Shown piece by piece: positions 7,496 to 17,326 of a stretch of 32,000 nucleotides of DNA; within the stretch, counting starts at the first letter, position 1; each line of letters opens with the position of its first letter. The stretch lies in contig JAFGBS010000004.1 in assembly GCA_016933055.1 (NCBI GenBank), positions 270,001 to 302,000 on the forward strand. Direction: 5' to 3'. The translations under genes and the position numbers were made by a program. The notes below the pieces were generated by a model, which saw nothing but the letters and a program-made list of their open reading frames with translations, was not told the origin of the DNA and did not search any database. This DNA is from Promethearchaeota archaeon (GTDB lineage Archaea > Asgardarchaeota > Lokiarchaeia > Sigyniarchaeales > Promethearchaeaceae).

Positions 7496-9563
7496 TATAA
7501 CATTGAAAGATTTCATTGAGTTTTATGAGTCTTTTCCAGACTTTAATGCCTTTTTGAAAGCAGTTTCAAGATATTATTCAGAAAATTTCAAATTTCTATC
7601 CAACAAACAAATATTGGATACACATGTTCTTCAAAATATAATAACTTCTTTTAATCAATACTTTGAAGCGTTATCATTGTATGACAATATTGAGGATAAC
7701 AGAAAAAGTGGGAGTTATTTTACCCCAAAATCTGTTTGTCGGTTCATAAATCAACGTGCTTGGAAACAGTATTCCCAAAATTCCAATATTTTAGACAGAA
7801 TTCCTCAAATTCTAGATCCCAGTTCTGGATTAGGATTTTTTCTTATTGATATGTTCTTTATGACTCTAAAAGAATTTTCAGAACGCGGAATTATTTCAGA
7901 ACTATCATTGATTGACCTTATAAACGGTATTCATGGATGTGATATAAATCAAACATCGGTTGAATTAAGTAAGAATCTTTTCTTATCCATTATGGGAATC
8001 CTTTTACTCAATGAATTTTTTTCTGGAGATTGGTCGACAATCAAGCAAAGAATTAATGCAAATTTTATCTCGGAAGATTTCTTGAAAACCAGTCTTTCTT
8101 TTAAGCCAGACATTATAGTTGGAAATCCTCCTTACGTACGAGTGCACAAGTTGCAGAAATCCGTAAATACTTACTTAAGAAATCATTTTTTTTCAGCTAT
8201 ATTTGATTTTGACCTTTATGTGTGTTTTTTTGAAAAAGCCATTCAGATATTAACTAAAGGCGGCATTCTGGCTTTCATCACACCCGAAAAGTATTTGATG
8301 CGCAAATACGCTCGCAATATAAGAACTATAATGTTACTTAATTCCGTTTTGCTTGAATTGATTGACATTTCTCGATGTAATGAAGTATTTCCTGTAGATA
8401 CGTATCCGATTATCTCTGTGTTGATGAAGACAACAGATGGATTAATCCCAACCATAACAGATTGGCATACACACCAAAAGCAGACTATTCAAAAATTCCC
8501 GACATTCAAAATGGTAATTATCCGATCTCCTCAATTTTCCACAGATTATCAACAGAAAATCCATAAGATTTTGGATGGAAAAAAGCTGATCGGAACAGAT
8601 ATTGCTTCTCGAACATTTGAGATTAAAGATTTCTTGAAGTTTCAAGAAGATCCTGAAAAAAAGTTTTTGTTCTATATGGACCAAAAAATGCAACAATTGG
8701 AAGAAATTTTCCACAATTATAGTACAATAGGTGATACGAATACAAGTATTTTTTGTGGAACTCCTCGATCAAAATACTATCATGAAATAAAACATAATCT
8801 GACATGCAATCAGAATCCCTCAACAAATTGTATTCGATTTATTGTCTCCAAAAACATTGCACCTTATTGCATCTTTTGGGAATCACCCATCACCTTCGAT
8901 CATGAGACTTATACAAAACCATGTTATCTTATTGAAAAGGGTGTATTTTCATCCACAAAATTATCGAATTTTAAATTCACCCCCAAAATATTGATGAAAG
9001 CTAATTCTCGTTATATTACAGCGGCAGTGGACAATGTAGGCTATATTTTTATAGGTGTCTATGGAATATTATGGAAATTAGACTCAGTAATACATTTGGA
9101 TATATTGAACGCGATTTTCAATTCAAACCTCATCAATTATTATCTCCTCCACAAATACAAATCATATATGTTGAATTCCCGTTATCTCTCTATTAACAGT
9201 ACCATAATCAATGATATTCCCCTTCCGGGTGTTTTTCATGGGAATCGATTTCATCCAGCCATTTCCAATTCCAAATTCCATGAAATTTGTGTAAAACTTA
9301 CTCAATCGATATCAGAACTCCGGCATAGTATCCAGTCGATGTGTGATTCTGGAGACGAAAATCTTGTTGAATCCCTTAAGAGAATTCTCCATCAATCCCA
9401 AAGTGAACCTTATGTTAATAATAATGATAAAAATAGTAAAATTATGAACCATATACAAAAGATAAACAAATTTATATATGATTTATATGCAATTCCTAGA
9501 AAGTTCCAATCTCAATTAGAGGGGGAAAATATGATAATACATGATGGTATGGAAAATTGTTGA
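7464..9563 (+). CDS. N6-adenine DNA methyltransferase (gamma class, TaqI/Eco57I-like) with a C-terminal target-recognition region
   Basis: GSYFTP, ILDPSSGLGFFL (motif I), IHGCDIN, IVGNPPYVR (motif IV), DLYVCFFEKA and LAFITP. Start placed at ATG 7464 (or 7470), not the tracked 7440. Confidence 0.88.
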   Translation: MTMFITTLNSNITLKDFIEFYESFPDFNAFLKAVSRYYSENFKFLSNKQILDTHVLQNIITSFNQYFEALSLYDNIEDNRKSGSYFTPKSVCRFINQRAWKQYSQNSNILDRIPQILDPSSGLGFFLIDMFFMTLKEFSERGIISELSLIDLINGIHGCDINQTSVELSKNLFLSIMGILLLNEFFSGDWSTIKQRINANFISEDFLKTSLSFKPDIIVGNPPYVRVHKLQKSVNTYLRNHFFSAIFDFDLYVCFFEKAIQILTKGGILAFITPEKYLMRKYARNIRTIMLLNSVLLELIDISRCNEVFPVDTYPIISVLMKTTDGLIPTITDWHTHQKQTIQKFPTFKMVIIRSPQFSTDYQQKIHKILDGKKLIGTDIASRTFEIKDFLKFQEDPEKKFLFYMDQKMQQLEEIFHNYSTIGDTNTSIFCGTPRSKYYHEIKHNLTCNQNPSTNCIRFIVSKNIAPYCIFWESPITFDHETYTKPCYLIEKGVFSSTKLSNFKFTPKILMKANSRYITAAVDNVGYIFIGVYGILWKLDSVIHLDILNAIFNSNLINYYLLHKYKSYMLNSRYLSINSTIINDIPLPGVFHGNRFHPAISNSKFHEICVKLTQSISELRHSIQSMCDSGDENLVESLKRILHQSQSEPYVNNNDKNSKIMNHIQKINKFIYDLYAIPRKFQSQLEGENMIIHDGMENC

Positions 9564-9902
9564 TACAAGCATGAAAGTTAAGAAGAAAATTCCTGCTCCC
9601 TCTTTTAGGATTTCCTTCCATGACCAATTATCTTTATCATATTGAAATCGGAAAAATCCAAAACTTAGAATCCATGGGAACCCAAACCACACAAGAATCA
9701 TATATAGAAGCATCCACCATCCCACTAATCGGAATAGTGTTACACCAAGAAATCCCGCAATAGCACCAGTTATAGCCTTGCCCCAATAAAATAGCTCCTT
9801 TTGTCTAGTTATTGCATCTTTTTCCAGTTCTACTTTTGTCTTTTTCCGCTTAACTACGTATTTTCCAGCAAGTTTACTCTTATTCCTGATCCGGCGTGCC
9901 AT
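9516..9902 (-). CDS. EMC6/Rab5ip-like three-TM membrane protein
   Basis: GAIAGFLGVT..VGWWMLLY followed by EGAGIFFLTFMLVSTIFHTI resembles the EMC6 pattern AGILGL..GF.FY ... G...TFVL.WT..Y. Confidence 0.6.
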   Translation of the reverse strand: MARRIRNKSKLAGKYVVKRKKTKVELEKDAITRQKELFYWGKAITGAIAGFLGVTLFRLVGWWMLLYMILVWFGFPWILSFGFFRFQYDKDNWSWKEILKEGAGIFFLTFMLVSTIFHTIMYYHIFPL

Positions 9903-9990
9903 AATTTGTGTCTGATCCTAAGTGCCATATATAGTGAAAAGATAAAGTTAGTATAGTCTAACGCATTACACCTAATAAAGTCAATCCAAT

Positions 9991-12078
9991 TTGCTAAAAA
10001 TGCCTAAAACACAAAACTCAAAGAAAAATGTTTCGAATATAGATGTGTATGTAATTGCAAAGGAACTGAATACTATACTGGGAGACGGATTTATCGAAAA
10101 CGTATACGAAATCTCTGATAATCTCCTTAAAATTCGGTGTCGCACCAAAATGGGAAAAAAAGATCTCATCTTAGATGCCTCGAAACGTATGAATATTACC
10201 TCTTATGCCTATCCAGTTCCTTCTATGCCCTCTCAATATTGTTCAGCACTGCGAAAACATTTGAAAGGGAGAAGAATCACAAGAGTATATCAATATGAGT
10301 TAGATCGTGTACTAATTATAGAATTAGCAAGTAATACAGGAGAACCTTGGAAATTCATCGTAGAAATGTTTCTGGGAGGAAACTTTCTGCTTATTGACGG
10401 GGAAAACCGAATATTTATGGCCAAACACTATAAAATCTATAAAGACAGAAGAATTTTGGCAAAAGCAGACTATATTCCCCCTATTCAAAATCCAATTCAT
10501 TTTATGAACATGACTAAAGATGATCTAACCTATATTCTCAAAAATTCACAATTGGACTTAGTTCGAACTATTTCGAAAAATATTAGCCTTGTAGGCTATA
10601 TTGCGGAAGAGATGTGTAAACGAGCAAGATTAGACAAAAATAAAAACGCTAATTTCCTTACCGAGGAAGAAGTAAGCAGTCTTTTTCAAGAAATACAAGG
10701 CTTAATTGTAACTTTGAATCAAGATAAGTTCTCAGGAATCATTTATTCAGATGAAAACGATGATTATGTATTTTTTGAACCGTTCGATTTATTAATTCAC
10801 TCCGATTTAAAAAATAAAGCGGTTTTTCCCAGCTTTAATGAAGCAATCGATGAATTTTTTGCAAAAAAAGATGCCAAGTCCTTACTTTCTTCGGATTCTG
10901 AGAAAGTAGATAAAGTAGTGCGAAAATATGAACGAATTCATGAATCGCAAAAGGAGCAAATTGCCAATTCTAAGGAAAACCGAGAAGAACATTTATTTAT
11001 GGGAGATCTGATTTATTCTAATCTCATTCCCATTGATAATCTTCTTAGCAATATAAAAGACGCTCGTAAACGTGGATTTGATTGGAAAACCATTTTAGAA
11101 CGATTGAAAAAAGGGAAAGAGTTGAAAATTGAAGAAGCTCTCATTTTCCACCGTGCCTATCCGAAGGAAGCAAAAATTGCAGTTAAACTTGATGATAAGA
11201 TTATCCGGTTGGATTTTAGAAAAAATGCCACCGAAAATGCAACTCACTACTACAAACTAGCCAAACGAGATAAACGTCGAATCGAGGGGGCGAAATCTGC
11301 GCTCAAACAAACAAAAACAATACTAGATGAGAAACAAATAGAAAAAGAACTAACTGATCAACAACAAATAAGCTTAATCAAACAACCCAAAAAGCAATGG
11401 TATGAAAAATTCCGCTGGTTTAAGAGTTCTGATGGATTTCTTGTCATTGGTGGGAAAGATGCATCATCCAACGAGGTGATCGTGAAAAAATATATGGAGA
11501 AAAATGATCTGTATTTGCATACAGAGATAAGAGGTGCTCCTTCCACGGTCATAAAAAATCCTGATGATAAGACGATTCCTGAATTAACTATTAAGGAAGC
11601 GTCCAGTTTTGCAGCCAGTTACTCGAATGCATGGAGAGAAGGATGGGGAAGTACAAAAATTTATTATGTACACCCCGATCAAGTAACAAAATCCCCCAAT
11701 CCGGGGGAGTATCTTTCAAAAGGGTCCTTTTTCATTCAAGGAGAAAAAACTTACCTCCCTCCTCCCTTTTTGGAACTTAGTATTGGATTAGTTTTGGAAG
11801 TAGTAGGCCAATTAGATGAGGGTATTGCCGGTGATAAAAACATATATTTTCCTCGAATTATTGCTGGACCCCAAAGTGCCATTAAGTCGCAAACCAAGCA
11901 TTTAGTACGAATCAAACCTCAAGGAAATGGATTATCGGGAGGGAAACTAGCAGAAAAAATAAAAGCATATTTTGTGTCTGGTTCGACAGAAGACGTAAAA
12001 AAATGGGTTAATTTAATCGACATTAACCACATCATCCATTTCTTACCTCCAGGTAATTCCTATATCACCAAAAAATAA
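9991..12078 (+). CDS. rqcH: Ribosome quality-control factor Rqc2/NEMF (NFACT/FbpA family)
   Basis: N-terminal NFACT-N (DVYVIAKEL, YELDRVLII), central coiled coil (NATHYYKLAK), and NFACT-R WYEKFRWFKSSDGFLVIGGKDASSNE...YLHTEIRGAP. Confidence 0.92.
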   Translation: MLKMPKTQNSKKNVSNIDVYVIAKELNTILGDGFIENVYEISDNLLKIRCRTKMGKKDLILDASKRMNITSYAYPVPSMPSQYCSALRKHLKGRRITRVYQYELDRVLIIELASNTGEPWKFIVEMFLGGNFLLIDGENRIFMAKHYKIYKDRRILAKADYIPPIQNPIHFMNMTKDDLTYILKNSQLDLVRTISKNISLVGYIAEEMCKRARLDKNKNANFLTEEEVSSLFQEIQGLIVTLNQDKFSGIIYSDENDDYVFFEPFDLLIHSDLKNKAVFPSFNEAIDEFFAKKDAKSLLSSDSEKVDKVVRKYERIHESQKEQIANSKENREEHLFMGDLIYSNLIPIDNLLSNIKDARKRGFDWKTILERLKKGKELKIEEALIFHRAYPKEAKIAVKLDDKIIRLDFRKNATENATHYYKLAKRDKRRIEGAKSALKQTKTILDEKQIEKELTDQQQISLIKQPKKQWYEKFRWFKSSDGFLVIGGKDASSNEVIVKKYMEKNDLYLHTEIRGAPSTVIKNPDDKTIPELTIKEASSFAASYSNAWREGWGSTKIYYVHPDQVTKSPNPGEYLSKGSFFIQGEKTYLPPPFLELSIGLVLEVVGQLDEGIAGDKNIYFPRIIAGPQSAIKSQTKHLVRIKPQGNGLSGGKLAEKIKAYFVSGSTEDVKKWVNLIDINHIIHFLPPGNSYITKK

Positions 12079-13614
12079 TCATATTTCCTTAAGGATTTGT
12101 TTCACTGCAGTTCGAGTACCCCACATGGTACCTGATATTCCCCCTCCTGATTCTGAGTATGCTCCAATATACCAGAGATTTTGTATGGGAGTTTTATGAC
12201 TTGGTCCCACCTGTCCCATGATTGGAGCTAAACCTCCAAAACTATGTCTCTTAGTATTAATCCTCTTCCGAAAATCAGCAGGAGTCATCACCACACGAGT
12301 TTCTATACCTTCGTATAAACCTGGAATCTTTTTTTCTGCTTCCTTGATGAGTAGATCTGCATAATGATCTTTCATTTCTTCCCATGTTCCCTCTTTCAAC
12401 CTATCGGGACAAATTGTGTAGATCGTCACAGCATATTTTCCTTCAGGGGCCATACTGGGACTATGTATGGAAGGGATATAGATCAAAAATCCGTCTTTTC
12501 CCTTGTGATATATACCTCGTCGGCATCGTTCAATAGATTCCTCAATATCATATGTTTCATAATAATAACACAGTTGGTTCGGTTGAGACTGCAACGGATT
12601 AAAATTTATACCCAAGTGCACAAAAAAACAAGATTCCATATATCGTAATCCATCAATCTGCTCTTTAAGACTCTCGGGTATATTCTCGCGACCAATCACA
12701 TCATTGAAAATATCTGGAATTGATCCGCTAGAAAGAATTACATCCATATTTTCTATTGAGCCATCGGATAGTTGTACTCCCTTTGCTACACCTTTCTCAA
12801 TAAGAATCCTTTCCGCTTTGGTTTCAGTTTTTATCTTCCCTCCGTTATTTAGAATCAGTTTTTCCATTTCTTGAATTATCTTAAATGCCCCCCCTCGAAT
12901 ATAATGAAAAGTAGGCTCCCCAAGCATACCTAAGGCCTCGGTTAAAATACGTTTATCAAATGCCGATTCTATATTTATTTGCGGGATACCTAATGCCGGA
13001 AACTCGATAGGTTTTGTTACAAAATCCGCAAGTATACCAGTAAACAAAGCTTTTATCTTTTCATCTTTGAAAAACAAATCCAGAAGTTGAGCAGCATTCC
13101 AATCGACGAATTTTTTATATTTTGAGAATTTCAATCCCATTCTAAGTTTAAAAAACTGTTTTCCAAGCCCTTTTTTCAATTCCAAATCCCGATTCATATT
13201 AATTAGATCAATCATACCCGTATAGAATTCATAATATGCATCAATTCCCTCGGATTCTTCTGGAAACAATTCCTTAAGTTTCTCTCGTCTCCAATATCTC
13301 CCTTGAAATTCCTTGGGCTTCCAAAGTTTAAAATCGGGAAATTCTAATCCTCGGTCTTCAAGAATAAACTCCATTTGATCTTGTAGTCCCAATTCGGTTA
13401 ACACAATCGTACCAGTTTCTCGAGGTCCGAATCCTCCTAAAAGTAACGGACCAATTTCCCATTTATACCCATCTTGTTCCGCTAAACCAGCGACACCTCC
13501 TATCATATGATATTGCTCATATATTGTTACGTTATGACCATGCAGGGCAAGGTAACTTCCAGCTGTCATTCCTGCTAAACCAGCACCGATGATTCCCACT
13601 TTCATTTCATTCAT
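12079..13614 (-). CDS. FAD-dependent oxidoreductase, phytoene desaturase (CrtI/RetSat-like) family
   Basis: GAGLAGMTA dinucleotide motif, EQYHMIGG, and C-terminal TPIQNLWYIGA...GGGISG. Confidence 0.85.
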   Translation of the reverse strand: MNEMKVGIIGAGLAGMTAGSYLALHGHNVTIYEQYHMIGGVAGLAEQDGYKWEIGPLLLGGFGPRETGTIVLTELGLQDQMEFILEDRGLEFPDFKLWKPKEFQGRYWRREKLKELFPEESEGIDAYYEFYTGMIDLINMNRDLELKKGLGKQFFKLRMGLKFSKYKKFVDWNAAQLLDLFFKDEKIKALFTGILADFVTKPIEFPALGIPQINIESAFDKRILTEALGMLGEPTFHYIRGGAFKIIQEMEKLILNNGGKIKTETKAERILIEKGVAKGVQLSDGSIENMDVILSSGSIPDIFNDVIGRENIPESLKEQIDGLRYMESCFFVHLGINFNPLQSQPNQLCYYYETYDIEESIERCRRGIYHKGKDGFLIYIPSIHSPSMAPEGKYAVTIYTICPDRLKEGTWEEMKDHYADLLIKEAEKKIPGLYEGIETRVVMTPADFRKRINTKRHSFGGLAPIMGQVGPSHKTPIQNLWYIGAYSESGGGISGTMWGTRTAVKQILKEI

Positions 13615-13786
13615 CTTTTTTATAATCCTATATACTTTGATTCCACCAATCTAATATAAGTATACTTCAGTGGAACAGCAAAATCTTACCCTCCTTTCCA
13701 TACCTGATCTTTCTTTTCTACACTTCGAAATTATTATATACTTTCTGAACGAATTGTGTAAAATAGATAATTGTTCGGTGACCCCT

Positions 13787-15265
13787 ATGCAAAAAGAAAA
13801 ATTTGAAAATACACGATGGATTATGGCTTCATATGGAGCCCGTGAGTGTTTTTCGCAATGGATAACGTCAGCTTTCGGTTTCTATACAGTAATTTTTTAC
13901 GAAACCGTTATTGGTCTTAATCAAGTTCTTGCTATAGTTGCTTTCTTGATCTTCTCCTTATGGAATGCGGTAAATGATCCTTTACTGGGATTCTTGATTG
14001 AACGATTTCCTACACGATTGTATAAGAATAAGGGATTTAAACGATTTCCTTGGGTTGTGGCCATGGCATTACCCTTATTACTCGCATATTTCTCCATTTA
14101 TTTCGTTCCATTCGGATGGGCTCAAGATCCGGAGACGTATAAGTGGCCTATTTTCGCATGGTACACAATAAGTCTACTCCTATTTGACACATTTTTCTCT
14201 ATAATGGACATCAATTCGAGCAGTCTGTTTCCTGAAAAATTTCGCTCTCTAAATGAAAGAAGAACCTCTCAAGGATTTGGAACCCTTTTTGGAATTGCTG
14301 GAATTGTGTTAACATTTTTGATTACTTCCATGTTTTTACCAGATGACACAGTTACAGGCACTATAGAGATAATGCAACATTATCGAAGTGTCGCCTGGGT
14401 TAGCTTAATTGGAGGCATTTTCTTATTCTTACTAGTAATTCCGGGAATATGGGAACACAAAAAATTAAGAGAGAGAAATTTGGAGTACTTAGAAAGTTTA
14501 GATAGAAATAAAATCGAGCGAAAACCGTTCTTTTCGACTGTTAAGGAGATGTTATCTAACAAAGCATTTGTAATGAAAATTGTACTATTCTTTGGATATC
14601 AAGCTTCTGTAGCGTTAGTAAATGCTAGCGCTTTATATGTTGCAAATTACCTTCTAAGAGATCCTGGACTTCTTATTTTCCTATTAGGCGGAATGTTAGT
14701 CGGTGCTTTACTTTCTACACCCTTATGGGTAATTATTTCGAGAAAAGTGAACAACAATAAATTAATGAGTATTATAGGTGCGATAACTATGTTAGTTTCG
14801 TATATTCCCATGATATTCGTAAATGACTTAGTTCCATGGGTGATCGGCTTAGTAGTATTTGGGATAGGATTATCGGGGCAATGGTTTATGAGTCCCCCAA
14901 CGATGGGTGATGTTATCGATGATTATACGGTTCGAACGGGGAAAAAAGAAGCGTCGATCTTCTTAGGTTATCAAACCTTCTTTATTCGATTTGGTGAAGC
15001 GTTTAAAGTCTTAACTATTATGGTTGTGCATTTATTAACCTTTTTCCCACCAGGAGAGCCTACATATACGTCTTTGGAAGCTGCTTTAACACCTGATCAA
15101 CTTCAAATCGCTCTGTTTGGTATCCGAATTCACACAGCAATTGTACCTGCTGTACTCGTACTAATAACACTAATTCTATTTTGGGTACTTTATCCTCTAA
15201 CTCCTGATATAGTCGCTGAAAATAAGAAAAAACTTGCTGAAATGGGATTATCTGAACATCAATAA
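13787..15265 (+). CDS. MFS transporter, GPH (MelB-like glycoside:cation symporter) family
   Basis: WNAVNDPLLG motif, about 12 TM segments, and DVIDD..VRTG. The likely start is ATG 13787 rather than the tracked 13670. Confidence 0.88.
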   Translation: MQKEKFENTRWIMASYGARECFSQWITSAFGFYTVIFYETVIGLNQVLAIVAFLIFSLWNAVNDPLLGFLIERFPTRLYKNKGFKRFPWVVAMALPLLLAYFSIYFVPFGWAQDPETYKWPIFAWYTISLLLFDTFFSIMDINSSSLFPEKFRSLNERRTSQGFGTLFGIAGIVLTFLITSMFLPDDTVTGTIEIMQHYRSVAWVSLIGGIFLFLLVIPGIWEHKKLRERNLEYLESLDRNKIERKPFFSTVKEMLSNKAFVMKIVLFFGYQASVALVNASALYVANYLLRDPGLLIFLLGGMLVGALLSTPLWVIISRKVNNNKLMSIIGAITMLVSYIPMIFVNDLVPWVIGLVVFGIGLSGQWFMSPPTMGDVIDDYTVRTGKKEASIFLGYQTFFIRFGEAFKVLTIMVVHLLTFFPPGEPTYTSLEAALTPDQLQIALFGIRIHTAIVPAVLVLITLILFWVLYPLTPDIVAENKKKLAEMGLSEHQ

Positions 15266-15328
15266 TATCTTTTTTTTCATTTTTATGAAATACATACCTA
15301 CTATTACCAGGTTCTGTTTGCACGAACT

Positions 15329-15536
15329 ATGCTTGAAGACTATCCAAAAGTGCTCCTTATAGGGGATTTTAGCATAGGAATGTCTAAATTCTACAATCTA
15401 CCCTGAGGATTAGATAGCGTGACCACGTGGGACGAATGGTTTATCACATAAACTGTATAGTATATCACCCGTAGGATACCCTAAACTTGGATTCTGGAAT
15501 AATCGAGACTTCTTGAGGTCGAACATTACGGGATAA
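15329..15536 (+). pseudogene. Decayed small (Ras/Rab-like) GTPase remnant
   Basis: First frame: MLEDYPKVLLIGDFSIGMS..* (degenerate P-loop). Second frame: TNGLSHKLYSISPVGYPKLGFWNN (switch I T-x-G and a KLxxW-like G3 strand with Ras-like spacing). Confidence 0.5.
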
Positions 15537-15629
15537 ATCTTGATTAAATGAAGTTACTTTAAAGGATAGAAATTATTATAATGATAGGATACAGTCCGAA
15601 TTTAATCGAAGTATTTAGGCGAACTCCGA

Positions 15630-16523
15630 ATGGGAAAAAAGAAGGTATCGAAAACACGTTCATTTGGCACTCCCAAAAGAGAATCTCATGATTCATCGCT
15701 TTTTTACGAATCGAAACTCTATCAAAACATTCCAAAATCCCACGTAATAAAACAGATTGATAATTCTAAGAACATTCCGATTGAATACATTAATACTATC
15801 ATCCACGGTGATAGTCAAAGTATGGATACACTCCCCGACGAGTCCATTCATTTTGCAGTCACTTCTCCCCCCTATAATGTTCGGAAGGAGTATGATGATA
15901 ATTTGGGATTGACAGAATATCTTGAATTATTACGTAATGTATTTTTGGAAACTTGGAGGGTTCTAGTCCCTGGAGGACGCATAGCCATCAATATTGCTAA
16001 TATAGGAAGAAAACCGTACATTCCCCTTCACACTTATGTCATCCATTTGATGGATGAAATTGGATTTTTGATGCGAGGAGAAATTATATGGGATAAGTCG
16101 GCATCCGCTGGAATATCATGTGCTTGGGGATCATTTGGGTCAGCAAGTAATCCAGTTTTACGCGATGTACACGAATATATTATGGTTTTTTCTAAACAAA
16201 CCATGAAAAGAGCAAAAAATGATAAGAAGGATTCAATAAGAAATGAAGATTTTGTGCAATGGTCAAAATCCATCTGGAGTTTTCCAACTGTTTCTGCGAA
16301 AAAGATCGGTCACCCCGCTCCGTTTCCCGTGGAATTGCCGAAGCGTTTGATTGAATTTTATACTTATCAGGAAGATGTGATCTTAGATCCTTTTATAGGT
16401 AGTGGCTCTACGGCGATTGCTGCCTTGGAGACTAATCGTAGATTTATTGGATACGAGATTAATCAAAAATATGTAACATTAGCAAATGAAAGAATACGAA
16501 AATACTTTGTAGAACAACAGTGA
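15630..16523 (+). CDS. Beta-class N4-C/N6-A DNA methyltransferase
   Basis: VTSPPYN (motif IV) precedes DPFIGSGST (motif I). Also HPAPFP, IIWDK and VHEYIMVF. Confidence 0.92.
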   Translation: MGKKKVSKTRSFGTPKRESHDSSLFYESKLYQNIPKSHVIKQIDNSKNIPIEYINTIIHGDSQSMDTLPDESIHFAVTSPPYNVRKEYDDNLGLTEYLELLRNVFLETWRVLVPGGRIAINIANIGRKPYIPLHTYVIHLMDEIGFLMRGEIIWDKSASAGISCAWGSFGSASNPVLRDVHEYIMVFSKQTMKRAKNDKKDSIRNEDFVQWSKSIWSFPTVSAKKIGHPAPFPVELPKRLIEFYTYQEDVILDPFIGSGSTAIAALETNRRFIGYEINQKYVTLANERIRKYFVEQQ

Positions 16524-16557
16524 GGTGAATTCCTCCGTTCGAAATCCAGATCATAGC

Positions 16558-16851
16558 TCAAGGAAAATTACGACTTATCTTTCCACCTTGAAATAATCTA
16601 TAGTCTTCATTCTTTAATTCTCTGCTTGTAAAACATGAAACGATATGATCTCTTAAGGATAGTGGAGACTTCCAGTGTAATTGCATCTCAAGATAGTCGA
16701 AAATATCATCTTTCCAACTTGGAGGATTTCTGTGTGTTGAATACCATATGTGTTTTCCATAGGGTATATCAATCTTGGAATTAGTATGAAATAATTCGTG
16801 AAACGCAACTTTCACGAATATCCGTATATAATGAGAGAATATCAACCACAC
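16558..16851 (-). CDS. Hypothetical protein or gene fragment carrying an HExxH motif
   Basis: 97 aa with a GTG start and AFHELFH at aa 16-22. May be the remnant of a longer gene. Confidence 0.35.
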   Translation of the reverse strand: MWLIFSHYIRIFVKVAFHELFHTNSKIDIPYGKHIWYSTHRNPPSWKDDIFDYLEMQLHWKSPLSLRDHIVSCFTSRELKNEDYRLFQGGKISRNFP

Positions 16852-17326
16852 AGATTATTATTAGATAAATATATATAGACTTTGAGTGAGAAAAGAATAT
16901 GGGAGAGTCACTCCGAGGAGATAAACCAAAGTGGGAGAAGATTTAATTTGGATACACTAGACAAGAAATGATTTGAATTTTATGATGAGTGTGTTCCTGC
17001 AATTAATGAGATGTTTTGGACCTCTATGAGGATTTCTGGATTTATCGAAAATTTAAGGAAGATTAGCAAATAACTCTTTTCCATGATAGTTGAAGTCTTT
17101 AGGTAAATATGGACATTCTAAATGTACAATGGATTATGATAACAAATTAGTCTGGGCTACGCGAAAACAGAACCGCTTTTTTTTCTCATTCCTGATTTGG
17201 TTTGCTTTATGCAACATTCCCGACATTGTTCTAGTAGAACCTAAGAAATTAGTTAAGTAGTGAGTTTTATCATCTATTAAACGGATAAAAATCTGTTTAT
17301 ATCTATAGGAAATGTCTGAAAAAAAC

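Noticed and set aside
13670-13786. Tracked N-terminal extension of the first MFS gene
   Set aside because: The paralog at 20476 aligns from the region of ATG 13787, so the extension is probably not translated.
16982-17040. Second possible C box (ATGATGA)
   Set aside because: No correctly spaced CTGA D'/D boxes and no terminal stem.
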